A stretch of 63,409 bases of DNA, the filler included, from Parasitella parasitica NRRL 2501 (lineage: Eukaryota > Fungi > Mucoromycota), in the NCBI GenBank assembly GCA_025201805.1. It is 15 parts of 14 records of this genome, joined end to end, with 100 filler letters (N's around TTAATTAATTAA, not from the genome) between each part and the next. Parts side by side here need not be neighbours in the genome. Positions count along the whole stretch, not along the records: positions 20,645 to 28,670 come from MU619422.1; positions 28,771 to 30,444 come from MU619616.1; positions 30,545 to 36,500 come from MU619298.1; 12 more parts are not named here. One strand, given 5' to 3'. The notes under the pieces are model-generated. The model did not search any database, had not been told where the DNA came from, and was given only the letters and a program-made list of their open reading frames with translations. Position 1 is the first letter of the stretch, and each line of letters starts with the position of its first letter. Of the stretch, positions 23,027-34,632 are shown in pieces. The translations under genes were made by a program, and so were the position numbers.

Positions 23027-25198
23027 ATGCGTGGTGTTCCTATTATTCCACCAGGTACTAATCGGCCGGGTGCGAGCTCGTCTGATGAAATCCAGCAAAT
23101 TGCAACAATACAAAAAAATGAAAAAACAAATGACAAAAAAGAAGAAAAAAACATTGAAAAAAAAGAAAACAATAATAAAAAAGAATCAGAAAAAAATACA
23201 GAAAACAAAGAAAAACAAACAATAAAAAAAGCAATAGTTCATGCGTCGGATTCATCATCTCCGCCTCCTGAAGCAGCACAAATACTCCACCATCAGATGC
23301 CTCCCAAACAGCGTATGCGAAAGTTACCTATCTCAATTAACACATCCAACTCCATGTTACAGTCAATTTCTACCAGTAACAAACGAAAGCTTACGGAAAC
23401 ACCAGTTACCCCATCCATTCTGAGTCGCCTTTCGGGTGCGCTCTCTGGCTTACAGAATGAACTAGTATCCAAATTTGGGAAATCAAAAAGCGAATTGTCA
23501 TGTGAACACTGCACTAACATTGGTTGCATTAGCATTACATCCCTGAGACACGACTCTGATTCGGACGAGGACGACGACATGAACAGAAATTCACCACCAT
23601 TGGAGTTCCAATGTATTGTTTGTCATCGCGAACAATCTATGGCTCATATGAATCAGGCCCTTGGAATCATTTCAAAAAAACCAAAAAACACTGATCTTAC
23701 AACAGCCTCACCAGCCCACTTCACGCCTCTTCCTGGAACTCCTGCATCCCTGATCTCTGCCGAGGATATTGCTTCTTCTGAGCAGTACCAGAAACTGAAA
23801 CAGCAAATCAGCTGCATTGAGTGCACAACCATTGGCACCTTGGTCAAATTTGGATTTACCAAATCTTCACCCCCTAGGCCTCGCTTCCAATGTAACCATT
23901 GCAAGCGAATTTTTAATATCTCCAACATTGTGGATATGATGTCCCACCTCAACCACCAACATTCTGAATCCAGCCTCTCCCCTCCCACTGTAGAGGAAAA
24001 TATTATGATTACAGATGCTCAACCAACTGCCTCAATCTCCTCTATCCACGACAGTCAGGATGACATGTTGCCAATTTGGCTTGAAAACGACAATACTAAT
24101 CCAACAGCATCAAACAACTCTCAAGTGATTAATTTTTTACTTGACAGTGTTAAAAAGCTTACGGAACAAGCTAATGACAACCAACAAAAATTTGACTACA
24201 TTAATACTTTGATTGAACAAAATGAACAGCTTAAAAAAGAACTAAACGAACAGAAAAAAGAAAATGAAATGCAAAAAAAAGAAATTGAACAGTTAAAAAA
24301 CATGATGAAAGAACAAAAAAGACAAAAAAATACAATTATGAATACCAACAATAATATGAATACTACTGACATGCATCTTGACCACAATAGCACACAAGCC
24401 AGGGAACAAGCTAATACCAATACGCCACAAAATACGGAAACCACCCTAGATAATATGGACGCTGATACTACTAACCCCTCCTTCCCCCCATTAGTCCCAG
24501 CTATTCCCAGTTATGCTGAACAGGCCCGAAAGCCTGGATTCATTAAAATCAAATATGCACCCGGTCAATTTAGATCCCATCAGCCAACTGCTGCCAACTT
24601 GGAGCTTGCCTTCACGATATTCAACGCAACACAAAAACCACCTACTGCTGAATACAAATACATTTATTTCCCTAGTAACAAACGAATGAAGCCAAGCATC
24701 ATTCGATCCAAATTGACACTTCTAGGCATCGACAACGTCCGTATTCTAGATGCTCACTGTCCTGATTGGAATGTGATCGGGCTACTGATCCACACCAATT
24801 ATGAAGCAGAGCTTCTCTCCAGATTTACAGCCGCCAAAGTTAATCCAATCTCTTATGATTATTTTGATCCTATCCATCTTCGAGATCAACGCTATTCTGC
24901 CTTGCCAGATAGCGAAAAGGTAATCAAATTACAAACCATATTCAAAAATAACTTGATGCGCTCACTTTCCTTTATGCGTTATCCCACATGCCACTCGGTG
25001 GCAAAATATTTTCACCGCAAAGAAATTTTGACTACACCCGAACTCAATGCTTTCCTTCAGAACAAAAAACAACAACAAATTGCACAGGTATTTCCATCCA
25101 ATATTAACACCACAGCAACACCATCAAATCCTGCTTCTATTCCCCACGAGGCTCCCCAGTCACCACCCGCGGCAAGTGACACCAATATGCCACTATGA
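23027..25198 (+). CDS. LINE ORF1 (two C4 zinc-ribbon-like motifs, coiled coil, conserved C-terminal domain)
   Basis: C-terminal YKYIYF..KLTLLGIDNVRILD..VIGLLIHTNY..FDP is shared with 34632..35555, 36601..37101 and 42211..42723. Confidence 0.85.
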   Translation: MRGVPIIPPGTNRPGASSSDEIQQIATIQKNEKTNDKKEEKNIEKKENNNKKESEKNTENKEKQTIKKAIVHASDSSSPPPEAAQILHHQMPPKQRMRKLPISINTSNSMLQSISTSNKRKLTETPVTPSILSRLSGALSGLQNELVSKFGKSKSELSCEHCTNIGCISITSLRHDSDSDEDDDMNRNSPPLEFQCIVCHREQSMAHMNQALGIISKKPKNTDLTTASPAHFTPLPGTPASLISAEDIASSEQYQKLKQQISCIECTTIGTLVKFGFTKSSPPRPRFQCNHCKRIFNISNIVDMMSHLNHQHSESSLSPPTVEENIMITDAQPTASISSIHDSQDDMLPIWLENDNTNPTASNNSQVINFLLDSVKKLTEQANDNQQKFDYINTLIEQNEQLKKELNEQKKENEMQKKEIEQLKNMMKEQKRQKNTIMNTNNNMNTTDMHLDHNSTQAREQANTNTPQNTETTLDNMDADTTNPSFPPLVPAIPSYAEQARKPGFIKIKYAPGQFRSHQPTAANLELAFTIFNATQKPPTAEYKYIYFPSNKRMKPSIIRSKLTLLGIDNVRILDAHCPDWNVIGLLIHTNYEAELLSRFTAAKVNPISYDYFDPIHLRDQRYSALPDSEKVIKLQTIFKNNLMRSLSFMRYPTCHSVAKYFHRKEILTTPELNAFLQNKKQQQIAQVFPSNINTTATPSNPASIPHEAPQSPPAASDTNMPL

Positions 25199-28100
25199 GT
25201 AAATCTTTAGGCATTACCTTGTGGAATGCCCAGGGCATCACAAGCGAAACTATGGATTTTATTTTTGACAATTTACCTATGCAAACTAATCTTTTTTTTA
25301 TTACTGAAACATGGCTTTTACCACAACGCTCTTTACCTACGACATGGACCCAAATCCACAATTTTGGCATTGGCGTTGACAGGGCTCGCCGAGGACAATT
25401 TGGTATCTCGCTACTCATCAACCCTTCTTTCCAATATACAGTCCTTCCTCTACCCATCTATCAAGAGTCCAAGTTCATCCTCCCCTGTCAATGCCAAAAT
25501 TATCTCATCCTATGTACATACTTACCTCCTTCCCTAGACGATCAAGCCTGTTTTGATCTACTAAGTGATTCATTAGAACATTATGCCGCCAACTATGAAT
25601 TTGAACATGTCTTACTTTGTGGCGATTTCAATACGCGCCTTGGCGACTATATTGGCGATAAGCGTCAAAATGGTCGAAATCAACCGTTCTTAGATTTTCT
25701 TCACACTCATTGCCTTACTTTGCACAATGTTGACCATGCTTTTGGTGTGCCTACGTACATCAAGGGCACTGAAGCAAATCCTATTGACAAAACCAGCATT
25801 ATCGACTTTTTTATGAGCACACATCCGTTTGATATGGAGGGTATCTCTATGTCTATCACAACTGACGTCTATTTAGGATCAGATCATAAGATGGTTCATT
25901 TTGAATTACCTCATGATTTCGATCCACCGCCTATCACAAATGTCCATCCACGTTTCTTATGGAACCTAAACAAGTTCAAGCCATCGCAAGAGCACCCTAA
26001 TCGCCATCTTGACCACATTCGTCAATACCGTAACCATATTCGTTCACGTCTGGATGAATTTTTACAGCTTGTGGATCCAACCATTTTGTCCTATATGCCG
26101 GGTCATCAACAGAAACAAGAACATATTGATCGTTTAAATACTAACCTGATTGACATAATCCATAGCTCTTTAGATGCAACAATACAGCGACACTCACCGC
26201 GCCCAAAAACCTGGAAATGGTTTTATACACAAGAACTAGCAGATGCTTGCCATCGACGAGAGCGTTTGTACAAAAAATGGAAATATGCTAACCGATTCAA
26301 CAAAATTTTATTTTGGAAACAGTTTCAAGAAGCAGCAGATATTGTTCGCTCCATCATCGATAAAACTAAGCGCTTTTATTTCAAACAATTCTGTGACAAG
26401 TTATCCACCTCTGAATTCAGTAAGGCAGCCAACAAGATCAAGCACATTAAACGCAGCAAAAGCCGTTTAGCTAGCAGCGTATTCCAACATGTAGATGGTC
26501 CCCAAACGGCTGTCGACACAATCACTACCTCTTGGCAAGACACTTACGATGGTAAGTATATCAATCCAGCGGTCGAACAGGTGCCGACTCAGTTCCCATT
26601 GTCTGACGAGGGCTTTGATCTGCCCATCTTGTTTGATTCTGACGACGTGGCGTACGCTATCAAATGCCTACCCACCAACAAAGCTCCTGGATTTGATCAT
26701 ATCAAGTCAGAGATGCTCAAACCAATAACTGATCTTATCTCACCTGTATTACACCATTTCTTCTCTCTCTGTTGGAAGTTTGCCATCATCCCCACCGACT
26801 ACAACCATGCACAAGTTATCCCCATCTACAAAAAAGGACCCGTGCATGATCCCAAAAACCATCGCCCTATCAGCCTGATTTGCACATTTCGCAAGATTTA
26901 CGAAATCTGTCTTTACAACGTTCTCTTACCTCGCTCCGTACCACTAGACCCAGTACAGGGCGGCTTTCGACACCAACGAAGTACATTGGATCAGGCTCTA
27001 TGCCTACAGGAACTAATAATCAGGTATAAACAAAAACACAAAGAATTTCCTACTCTATTATTTTTAGACATCAAATCTGCATACGACACAACCGATAGGA
27101 ATATTATATGGAAGGCATTGCAGAATGTCAACATTGATATTCCATTCCTGACCACACTTCAACTACTGTTCAATAACGTGCAAATTGAGGTCCTCCTCAA
27201 TGGCCACGTCTCCACCACTCCTTTCAATCCGATTACAGGTGTTCTGCAGGGCTCTACCCTATCTCCACACTTGTATTCGATCTATATCAATTCGCTCGCT
27301 CAAGCTCTTCGTGCTGAGCCGACATCAGCCAATAGCGCTATATATTCAACAATTCGTATGCCACCACCACAGCCAATTTCTCGCGGTAATACCCCCTCTC
27401 CACTCCTTTTGAACTCACTTTTCTTTGCAGATGATGTTGTTATATTAGGAAATGCACGTAATACACAGGCACTTCTTAATATAGCTGAGCAACATTCAAT
27501 TTCTCTGGGCTATAGATGGAATCCTCTCAAATCCGCCATTATCCTCCCCCCTCACCTCCAATCCGCCACTCCATCACCACCATCTTATGCCTTATATGAT
27601 CAACCAATACCAACTGTAGCCAACTTTAAATACCTCGGTATTTATTTTAGCTACAAAGGTATCGACAACAAGCAAATGCTACTGCACAACGCCACGAAAG
27701 GATCACAAGCCATGAATATTTTACATTCTCTTGGTGCCAATGCCACTGGATTTGACAAACAACTCTCATTCCAATTCTACAAATGTTTTATTCGACCAAT
27801 TTTTGAATATGCCCTTCCATTACTAACTCCCACTAACAATGAACTGAAAATTATAGAAAAAGCTCAGGACAATGCCTGTCGTCTTATTATGCATGGACAT
27901 AAATCTTCATCGACCCAGGTAATAAAACACATGAACAATTTAGCCAATATGAATGATCGCATGGCCGTTCTTTGTGCAAAAAATCTTGTGCGTGTCCATC
28001 AACTCCCAGCCGACGCATTACTTACACTCTTTTTACAACAACTTCTCACATCACGAACCTGCCATCTCAAAAAATTACAACAACGCAACCCTATATGGCA

Positions 28101-28670
28101 GCAGTTAATCTCTCCACTCACCATCACCAGCACAACACGCCAAATTTACATTCAACACGCTGATCTCAAGCTACAAATCAACCAATTTCTTTTAGATCAA
28201 TGGCACTCCACTCAATCCAAGTTTATATATGCAGGTCATTGTCGCACTACCCTCGGCATTGATCCAATTATGTACCTACCAATGACAGTGCACGAACGGA
28301 GCCGCCTCATTCGTTGGCGAATGGGCTGGCTACCCGGAAAGCCACAAGCTTGCCGTAATTGCAACCAGGTCAACACCCTCACCACACAACTACATGTAAT
28401 TCAATGTTTCCAAATTTGCGAAAATATTGATATGGACATCCACTCCTTTTTGAATACACTACCAAAATATCCACCTAGCTCAATAACAGAAAAATTTTAC
28501 TGGACCACTCGATGGACAGTTTTACAACAATTCCTGTTCAATCTCGAAACCATTTGCCTGCCACCAGATGAGCCCATTAACCCAGCATCATACACAGATC
28601 AATCACCTTTTGTTGCTTGGATTAACGGCTCTCCTAGACTCACTACACCTTTTGCTCTTACATTATCTTG
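25195..28670 (+). CDS. LINE ORF2: AP endonuclease-reverse transcriptase (runs to contig end)
   Basis: WNAQG, ITETW, GDFN, IIDF, GSDH; KAPGFD, RPISL, FLDIKSAYD, GVLQGSTLSP, FADD, FKYLG; C-terminal RLIRWRMGWLPGKP-CxxC. Confidence 0.95.
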
Positions 28671-29028
28671 NNNNNNNNNNNNNNNNNNNNNNNNNNNNNN
28701 NNNNNNNNNNNNNNTTAATTAATTAANNNNNNNNNNNNNNNNNNNNNNNNNNNNNNNNNNNNNNNNNNNNAAGCATTAGCATTTGCATTTGCATATGCAT
28801 TTGCAGTTTTAAGACATTGCACTGTTTGAACAAATCAAACCTTTTCATGCAACAAATTTATTCGGCAAAGGACAGGAAGAATATGCTCGGATTTGTTCTG
28901 TATAAAAAAGCACTTTAGACAAGATTAGACTTTTATGATGTCGGGATCTTTTCTACTAGTGCCACAAACCCACACAAACTCCCATCCCTTTTTTTCTTTT
29001 TCTTTTTTTTAATTCAGTTTTTACAACC

Positions 29029-29511
29029 ATGTCTACTATAGCTGCTGCTGCTGCTCCAACACAAAAAGACGTGCTGGTTGGGGTTGGCTGTTTTGTCACA
29101 TATACAGATGCGAAAAGCGGAAAGACTCGCATACTTGTAGGGCAACGCGCTGGATCGCATGGTGCGGGTACCTGGCAATTACCCGGCGGGCACTTGGAAA
29201 TGTTTGAAGACTTTGAAACATGTGCAAAACGAGAAATTGAAGAGGAAACCAACTTGACATTACCTTTGGATGACATCAAGATGGTGACAGCAACCAACAA
29301 CATTATGCATGCCGAAAAGAAGCACTATGTCACTATTTTCATGAGGTGTCATATACCCGAGGCAGCCATTGTTGATGTGAAGGTGATGGAGCCTCACAAG
29401 CTGCAAGGGGAATGGCAATGGTTGACGGTGGATGAACTCAAGAAGACAGAGCCGTTATTTTCTCCCTTACAAAAGTTTGTAGATGAACAAGATTTGACAT
29501 TTTTGGAATAA
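29029..29511 (+). CDS. Nudix hydrolase (NUDT15/MutT-like)
   Basis: GAGTWQLPGGHLE..ETCAKREIEEETNL Nudix box; HYVTIFM, MEPHK. Confidence 0.92.
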   Translation: MSTIAAAAAPTQKDVLVGVGCFVTYTDAKSGKTRILVGQRAGSHGAGTWQLPGGHLEMFEDFETCAKREIEEETNLTLPLDDIKMVTATNNIMHAEKKHYVTIFMRCHIPEAAIVDVKVMEPHKLQGEWQWLTVDELKKTEPLFSPLQKFVDEQDLTFLE

Positions 29512-30068
29512 AGGAGATGTATCGATACCGGTGCGGTATAGACACAGCATGTATCACTATATACAACTCAACCATAGATGTACGCAAAACATGAGTAATG
29601 CCATCTAAATACGGTGCATCTATGTGTTCCTCATCATTGAATCAAGCAGTGATGAGCAAACATGCAGCGTTGCTCGCAAATGTATACATGTCTGAGTTTT
29701 AATTTTGCAGTTGTTGGAGAACAGCTTCCGACGTTGCTCGAGCAAAAAAATGATCCCATGTCTTTTGGCGATGCTGATGCCTTCATCTCTGATAATATAG
29801 ATTTCGTCAATGCAAGTTGTATCCAAATATATATTTCGGTTTTTTAAATATACTGTAAGCATATAAACTCTATTTTCACTCTAAATGTGATGTCAGCTTT
29901 CTGCATCTTCCTTTTAAACATGTACAGCTTTGCTTCCTGGTTCCTTTTCCCTTTCTCTCTCTTTTTATTTTTCTTTTTCTTTTTCTTTATTTTATAAAAA
30001 AAAATACACACAAGCACGCACATCAGAGGGAAAAGCTTTGACTATTTTGAAGAAGAGAAAAAAAAAAA

Positions 30069-30444
30069 ATGAGGACAACACTATTTGTAGCTGGCTTTGG
30101 CGGACGTACACGCGCAAGAGATCTCGCTTACGAATTTGAACGGTAATGTGTTGTCTTGTTCTGAACACTGCATTTTCCCGCACTAAATAGATTCTCGGCA
30201 AACTCACAGTTATGGTCGATTGGTGCGCTGCGATATCCCAGCACCTAAAACCTTTACTTCCAAAGTGTAAATGCCTTTTTTTTTTATTTTTTTTTTTACG
30301 TGAGTATTGGATATTAAAACGCTTTTTTTTTTTAGTTATGCTTTTGTCGAATTCGAAGATCCGCATGATGCCGAGGATGCCTTTAACGAAATGCATGGTA
30401 GACGTATTGACGGTTATACCATCAGCGTCCAGGTTAGAGTGAAA
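30069..30444 (+). CDS. SR-type RRM splicing factor (Srp1-like), multi-exon, 3' partial
   Basis: Exons MRTTLFVAGF..RARDLAYEFER / YGRLVRCDIPAP / YAFVEFEDPHDAEDAFNEMHGRRID. Confidence 0.88.
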
Positions 30445-30840
30445 NNNNNNNNNNNNNNNNNNNNNNNNNNNNNNNNNNNNNNNNNNNNTTAATTAATTAA
30501 NNNNNNNNNNNNNNNNNNNNNNNNNNNNNNNNNNNNNNNNNNNNCAAATGCTATATTGCATTCGATCTTTTGATCATTGTTGCAAGCATTGGGAAACAAA
30601 AAAGTTGGGATCAGGAACTATGTCCGAAAAGAAAAAAGGAAGCAAAAGATATCTCAGACCAACAATGACATCTAGGATGGTCAGGGTGGTGGATGGGAGA
30701 CGCATGGCTAATAAGGAAGATCAATGACAACATGGATGCCCTCGCATCGTGCATAGAAATGATTGTAGCAGTGGAGGGACAAACAGAGGAAGCAAATCAC
30801 AACCGGTTCACCACAGAGCAGGAAAAAAATTGGACGCCTG

Positions 30841-33800
30841 TTAGGCTGGGGAAGCCCACACTTGTCCAGGAGCAGGATCTGTCGTGTAATCCCCGTCAGG
30901 ATTACAGAGCTGGTCAAAATGCCAAAGAAGAGTGCAGAGATCAGACCACCAAGGTGGACAGTTGGAGGAGGAAGGAGAGGTCGGCAACAGATTCAATGCA
31001 TGGTCGATAATTGTACCATGAAAAGAATCTGGGGGGAGTGGCAGAGAAGAGATCAAATCAGATGGCAGTGTGGAGCATTCATGTAGGTGACGGCGGGATG
31101 TTCGATCACGATTACATGCACAGGGTCTTGGTTTACCAGGCAGCCAACCCATTCTATAACGAACAAGACGACTACGACAGGGTCTACTAGCAGGGACGAA
31201 CATGACGGGATCGATACCAATTTTTGGGCGACAAGCACGAATCAGTACCTTGTCAGTCTTGGACAGAAATTCATCTTGCCATTGCTGGCGTCGGTCAAAA
31301 AACCACTTTTTCAAGTGACGTTTGTTGACAGAGGGAACTTCGACTAGAGCACGAGCAGCTAATTTTTGTTTTTTCAATTTGGACAAAGAAGAACTTGGTA
31401 GCGAAGTGGACAACAAAGAGATCAGACCGTCTTCCGGTAGAAACAGTGAGCGCAAACAATACTGGGCAACTAAAATTGCAGCGCGTTGTTTCATCAAAGG
31501 AAGATTTGTCACGTGTCGAAATACCATGGTTGAAGCAGCACGATGACCACCAAAAATCATCCGAAGACACGTATCCTGGACCTTTTCCAAAGCCTTGAAA
31601 TCAGCCTCACGAAGACAAGCAACACCCAATCCATATTCGAGTTTTGGACGAACAAAACAGGCGTACAGCTTGGTAGAGAAGAGCAGCGGGAATCCAGAGC
31701 GATTGCAACCAATTGAGTTAAGTTGTGCCATAGTTGCCATAGTTCCACGTTGACATTTCTTGACAATAGCAGGTGTGCAAATTCCTTTGCGATCGAAAGG
31801 TACACCGAGATATACGAATTCATTCACGACAGGAATTTCTTCACCATATAAAGTCAAATCAACAAAGGTTGAAGAGGTACGAGAAGGTGGATTGATAATA
31901 GCACATTTGGACGGGGCCCAACGATATCCAAGCGAGAGAGAGTGTGTTTCAGCAAGAGATAGCATGTGTTTCACTTCACGAGCAGAACCTAGGATAGCAA
32001 CATCATCAGCATATAATAAAGAGTTAATTGCAATACTGTGTGGAACGAGGTTATGATGGCTTGACCAAAGAGGCGTAGGAGCAGAGGAAGGAGAGGTAGA
32101 GACTATGGTAGTGGTTGAAGCAGATGCAGCTTGTCGTAATAGAGCAGGCAATGAGTTGATGAAGATGCTGAATAGATGAGGGCTTAAACTGGATCCCTGA
32201 AGCAATCCTGTGTGAAGGGAGAGTTCTTTCGATACGCAGTTTTGGTTCAATACAGAAATGGACACATCATCAAACAAATTTGAGAGCAGAGAAACGACAG
32301 GCATGGGAGCATTAGCAGATAGAAGTGATTGCCAAATAACACGGCGATCTACAACATCATACGCACTCTTGATATCCAAAAAGCAGACAGTCGGCCAATG
32401 ATAATGTTGGTGTTGATACTCTTTCATGAGATCTTGTAAACTGAGAGCACCATCTAAAGCACTTCGTGCAGTACGGAATCCATTTTGAGCAACATCAATG
32501 GTAGGCGAGATGTCCAGAACAAGAGGGGCAAGGCACAATTCAAAGAGTTTCCTCAGGGTACTAGTCAGTGAAATAGGCCGGAAGCTAGATGCTTCAGTGA
32601 CAGGTCCTTTCTTGTGAATACTACACACATTACCATGTCGCCAATCAGATGGTGTGTAAGACCACTGATATGTTAAGGCAAACATGTATGACAAGATTTG
32701 GGCAAGCGGCTTTCGAATAGGGACAAGCATTTCCCCGCGTAACGAATCTCTTCCAGGTGCTTTTCTTTTTGGTAGCAACTTAATCTTTTCGATAATATTA
32801 TCAATACTGATAATCTCATCAAAAGCCTCATTATGGACAGTAGCCGATGGAATTTGGTTAGGATTAGTAGCATCATCAGCATCTATAGACAATACATGTG
32901 ATAGAGAAGGAACAAATGGAGCAGCATCAGGATTCAAAGTACTCACTATACCACTAGGTAAAAGAGTACCACCAACAAAAGAGTCCTGGTCAGACGTGTT
33001 GAACAGTATAGCATCAGCAGTCTCAGCAAGAAGAGAAGCTGTAGCTTGTAACGTATCGCTACCGGATACAATTACACCAAAAGGGACGGGTAAACCATCC
33101 GCGAAAGGACATGGAGGTCGAGTTTGAGGTAGGTTAGCACCAGAGTAAATTGTAGCAAGATGATCACGCATAGCAGTAGCACCAGCTTGAGCACCATCCA
33201 CATGTAGATACCCTGATTGTCTTTGGCGCCTAGATTTGATCAATTTGACTTTAGACATAGCTTTTGAGAAATCTTGTTGAAATAAAGATGCACAAAATGC
33301 GTGCCAGGAAACCTGTTTAGCTCTACGAAGCGCTTGTTTGAACTGTTGATGGGCTTGGTTGTGTTGATTCCACCAGAATGCTTTATCCAATGAGTCTGGA
33401 CAACGACGATAGTTACGGTACATAGATTCGCGATGATCCGCTAATCTTTGTAAGTCAGGAGTCCAAAACTTTTTCCAATACGAGGGGCGTTGAGACTGAC
33501 GAGTGACAGAATCATCAAGCGCCTTATAAATACATTGGTTAAGCTCAGTATTTAACTCATCAATTGGAGGGCGAAAAGTAGGAGGGGATTGTACAAAAGA
33601 AATCAGCCGGTTTAGCAACGGTTTAGAGAGAGACTCAAAACGCTGAGCATACAGATTTCGTACGTCAGATTCTTGTAAACGTGAAAGCTTCCAGAGACGA
33701 CGAGGAGATGATGATTGTGGTTCAACAATAGCGGGTGGTTCCGTAGAAAGATAATCAAAGGTTAGCGACATCAGTTTGTGATCAGATCCCAAAGACAAAT

Positions 33801-34632
33801 CAGAGTAAATACTAATTGAAGGTGAAGAAGAGGAAGATGAGGTATCCAGAGAGGCAGAAGAAAGAGATGCTACATTGGTAATGTAGTAATCGACAATGCT
33901 ACTTACATCTCGCCCACGACGACGATCCTCTAGGGTAGGTGTGGCGTGGGCTAATTGACAATTCAAAACGTTTAATTCATTATCAGCACAGTACTCTTGA
34001 AGAAGATTGCCACGAGCATTAGTATCATAGTCACCAACGAAACTACCCATACGTGCATTGAGGTCGCCACATATAATTGTATCATGATCCAATGGTATTG
34101 CGTTGAGGATAGACGAGACTTCAGCGGTATAGAGACCATCTTGTTCGGGAGGTATGTACAGACAGATGAGCCGAAGCTCGCGACCAAGTTGAATCCCAAG
34201 TGCGAATTCATGCAAGGCAGAGGGCAGAGGTGTTTGGAACGCGGTAAGAGGGCAAGAGGGGTTGATCAGGCAAGAAATGCCTCTTGAGCCTCGACCGCCA
34301 CCAGCGACAGGAATTCCAGGCAAGTGGAATTGCTGCCAGGTTGTGGGTATATGGACCGGAAGACGATGTAGCCATGTTTCCGTAATAAAGAGAACTGAAA
34401 AGGATTGGCAGTATCGGAGGACATCATCAATTGTTGTGTCTCTAAGACCGCGAGCGTTCCAGAGACCAATTGTGAGTGGAGTGAGGGAGACGCTATTAAT
34501 GACGGTGGCCGAGAGGCCGGGAGGTGTTGTAGGATTATTGTTATTAAGGAATGTAGTTGGAGTATTAGTAGTTGTATTAGTGATGTTGGGAGACATGGTT
34601 GGGTTATAATGATTGAGTTCACACTCAATCAT
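30841..34632 (-). CDS. LINE ORF2: AP endonuclease-reverse transcriptase (intact)
   Basis: WNARG, ITETW, GDLN, GSDH; KAPGRD, RPISL, FLDIKSAYD, QGSSLSP, YADD; RLVRYRMGWLPGKP-CAC; same family as 25195. Confidence 0.95.
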   Translation of the reverse strand: MIECELNHYNPTMSPNITNTTTNTPTTFLNNNNPTTPPGLSATVINSVSLTPLTIGLWNARGLRDTTIDDVLRYCQSFSVLFITETWLHRLPVHIPTTWQQFHLPGIPVAGGGRGSRGISCLINPSCPLTAFQTPLPSALHEFALGIQLGRELRLICLYIPPEQDGLYTAEVSSILNAIPLDHDTIICGDLNARMGSFVGDYDTNARGNLLQEYCADNELNVLNCQLAHATPTLEDRRRGRDVSSIVDYYITNVASLSSASLDTSSSSSSPSISIYSDLSLGSDHKLMSLTFDYLSTEPPAIVEPQSSSPRRLWKLSRLQESDVRNLYAQRFESLSKPLLNRLISFVQSPPTFRPPIDELNTELNQCIYKALDDSVTRQSQRPSYWKKFWTPDLQRLADHRESMYRNYRRCPDSLDKAFWWNQHNQAHQQFKQALRRAKQVSWHAFCASLFQQDFSKAMSKVKLIKSRRQRQSGYLHVDGAQAGATAMRDHLATIYSGANLPQTRPPCPFADGLPVPFGVIVSGSDTLQATASLLAETADAILFNTSDQDSFVGGTLLPSGIVSTLNPDAAPFVPSLSHVLSIDADDATNPNQIPSATVHNEAFDEIISIDNIIEKIKLLPKRKAPGRDSLRGEMLVPIRKPLAQILSYMFALTYQWSYTPSDWRHGNVCSIHKKGPVTEASSFRPISLTSTLRKLFELCLAPLVLDISPTIDVAQNGFRTARSALDGALSLQDLMKEYQHQHYHWPTVCFLDIKSAYDVVDRRVIWQSLLSANAPMPVVSLLSNLFDDVSISVLNQNCVSKELSLHTGLLQGSSLSPHLFSIFINSLPALLRQAASASTTTIVSTSPSSAPTPLWSSHHNLVPHSIAINSLLYADDVAILGSAREVKHMLSLAETHSLSLGYRWAPSKCAIINPPSRTSSTFVDLTLYGEEIPVVNEFVYLGVPFDRKGICTPAIVKKCQRGTMATMAQLNSIGCNRSGFPLLFSTKLYACFVRPKLEYGLGVACLREADFKALEKVQDTCLRMIFGGHRAASTMVFRHVTNLPLMKQRAAILVAQYCLRSLFLPEDGLISLLSTSLPSSSLSKLKKQKLAARALVEVPSVNKRHLKKWFFDRRQQWQDEFLSKTDKVLIRACRPKIGIDPVMFVPASRPCRSRLVRYRMGWLPGKPRPCACNRDRTSRRHLHECSTLPSDLISSLPLPPDSFHGTIIDHALNLLPTSPSSSNCPPWWSDLCTLLWHFDQLCNPDGDYTTDPAPGQVWASPA

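Noticed and set aside
30545-30550. CAAATG at the contig start as the tRNA-Ala (nt 13-18) duplication of the Ala-linked LINE
   Set aside because: Only 6 nt, and it overlaps the 3' arm of the conserved stem-loop; related elements extend 20-26 nt further, so the real junction is probably beyond the contig edge.
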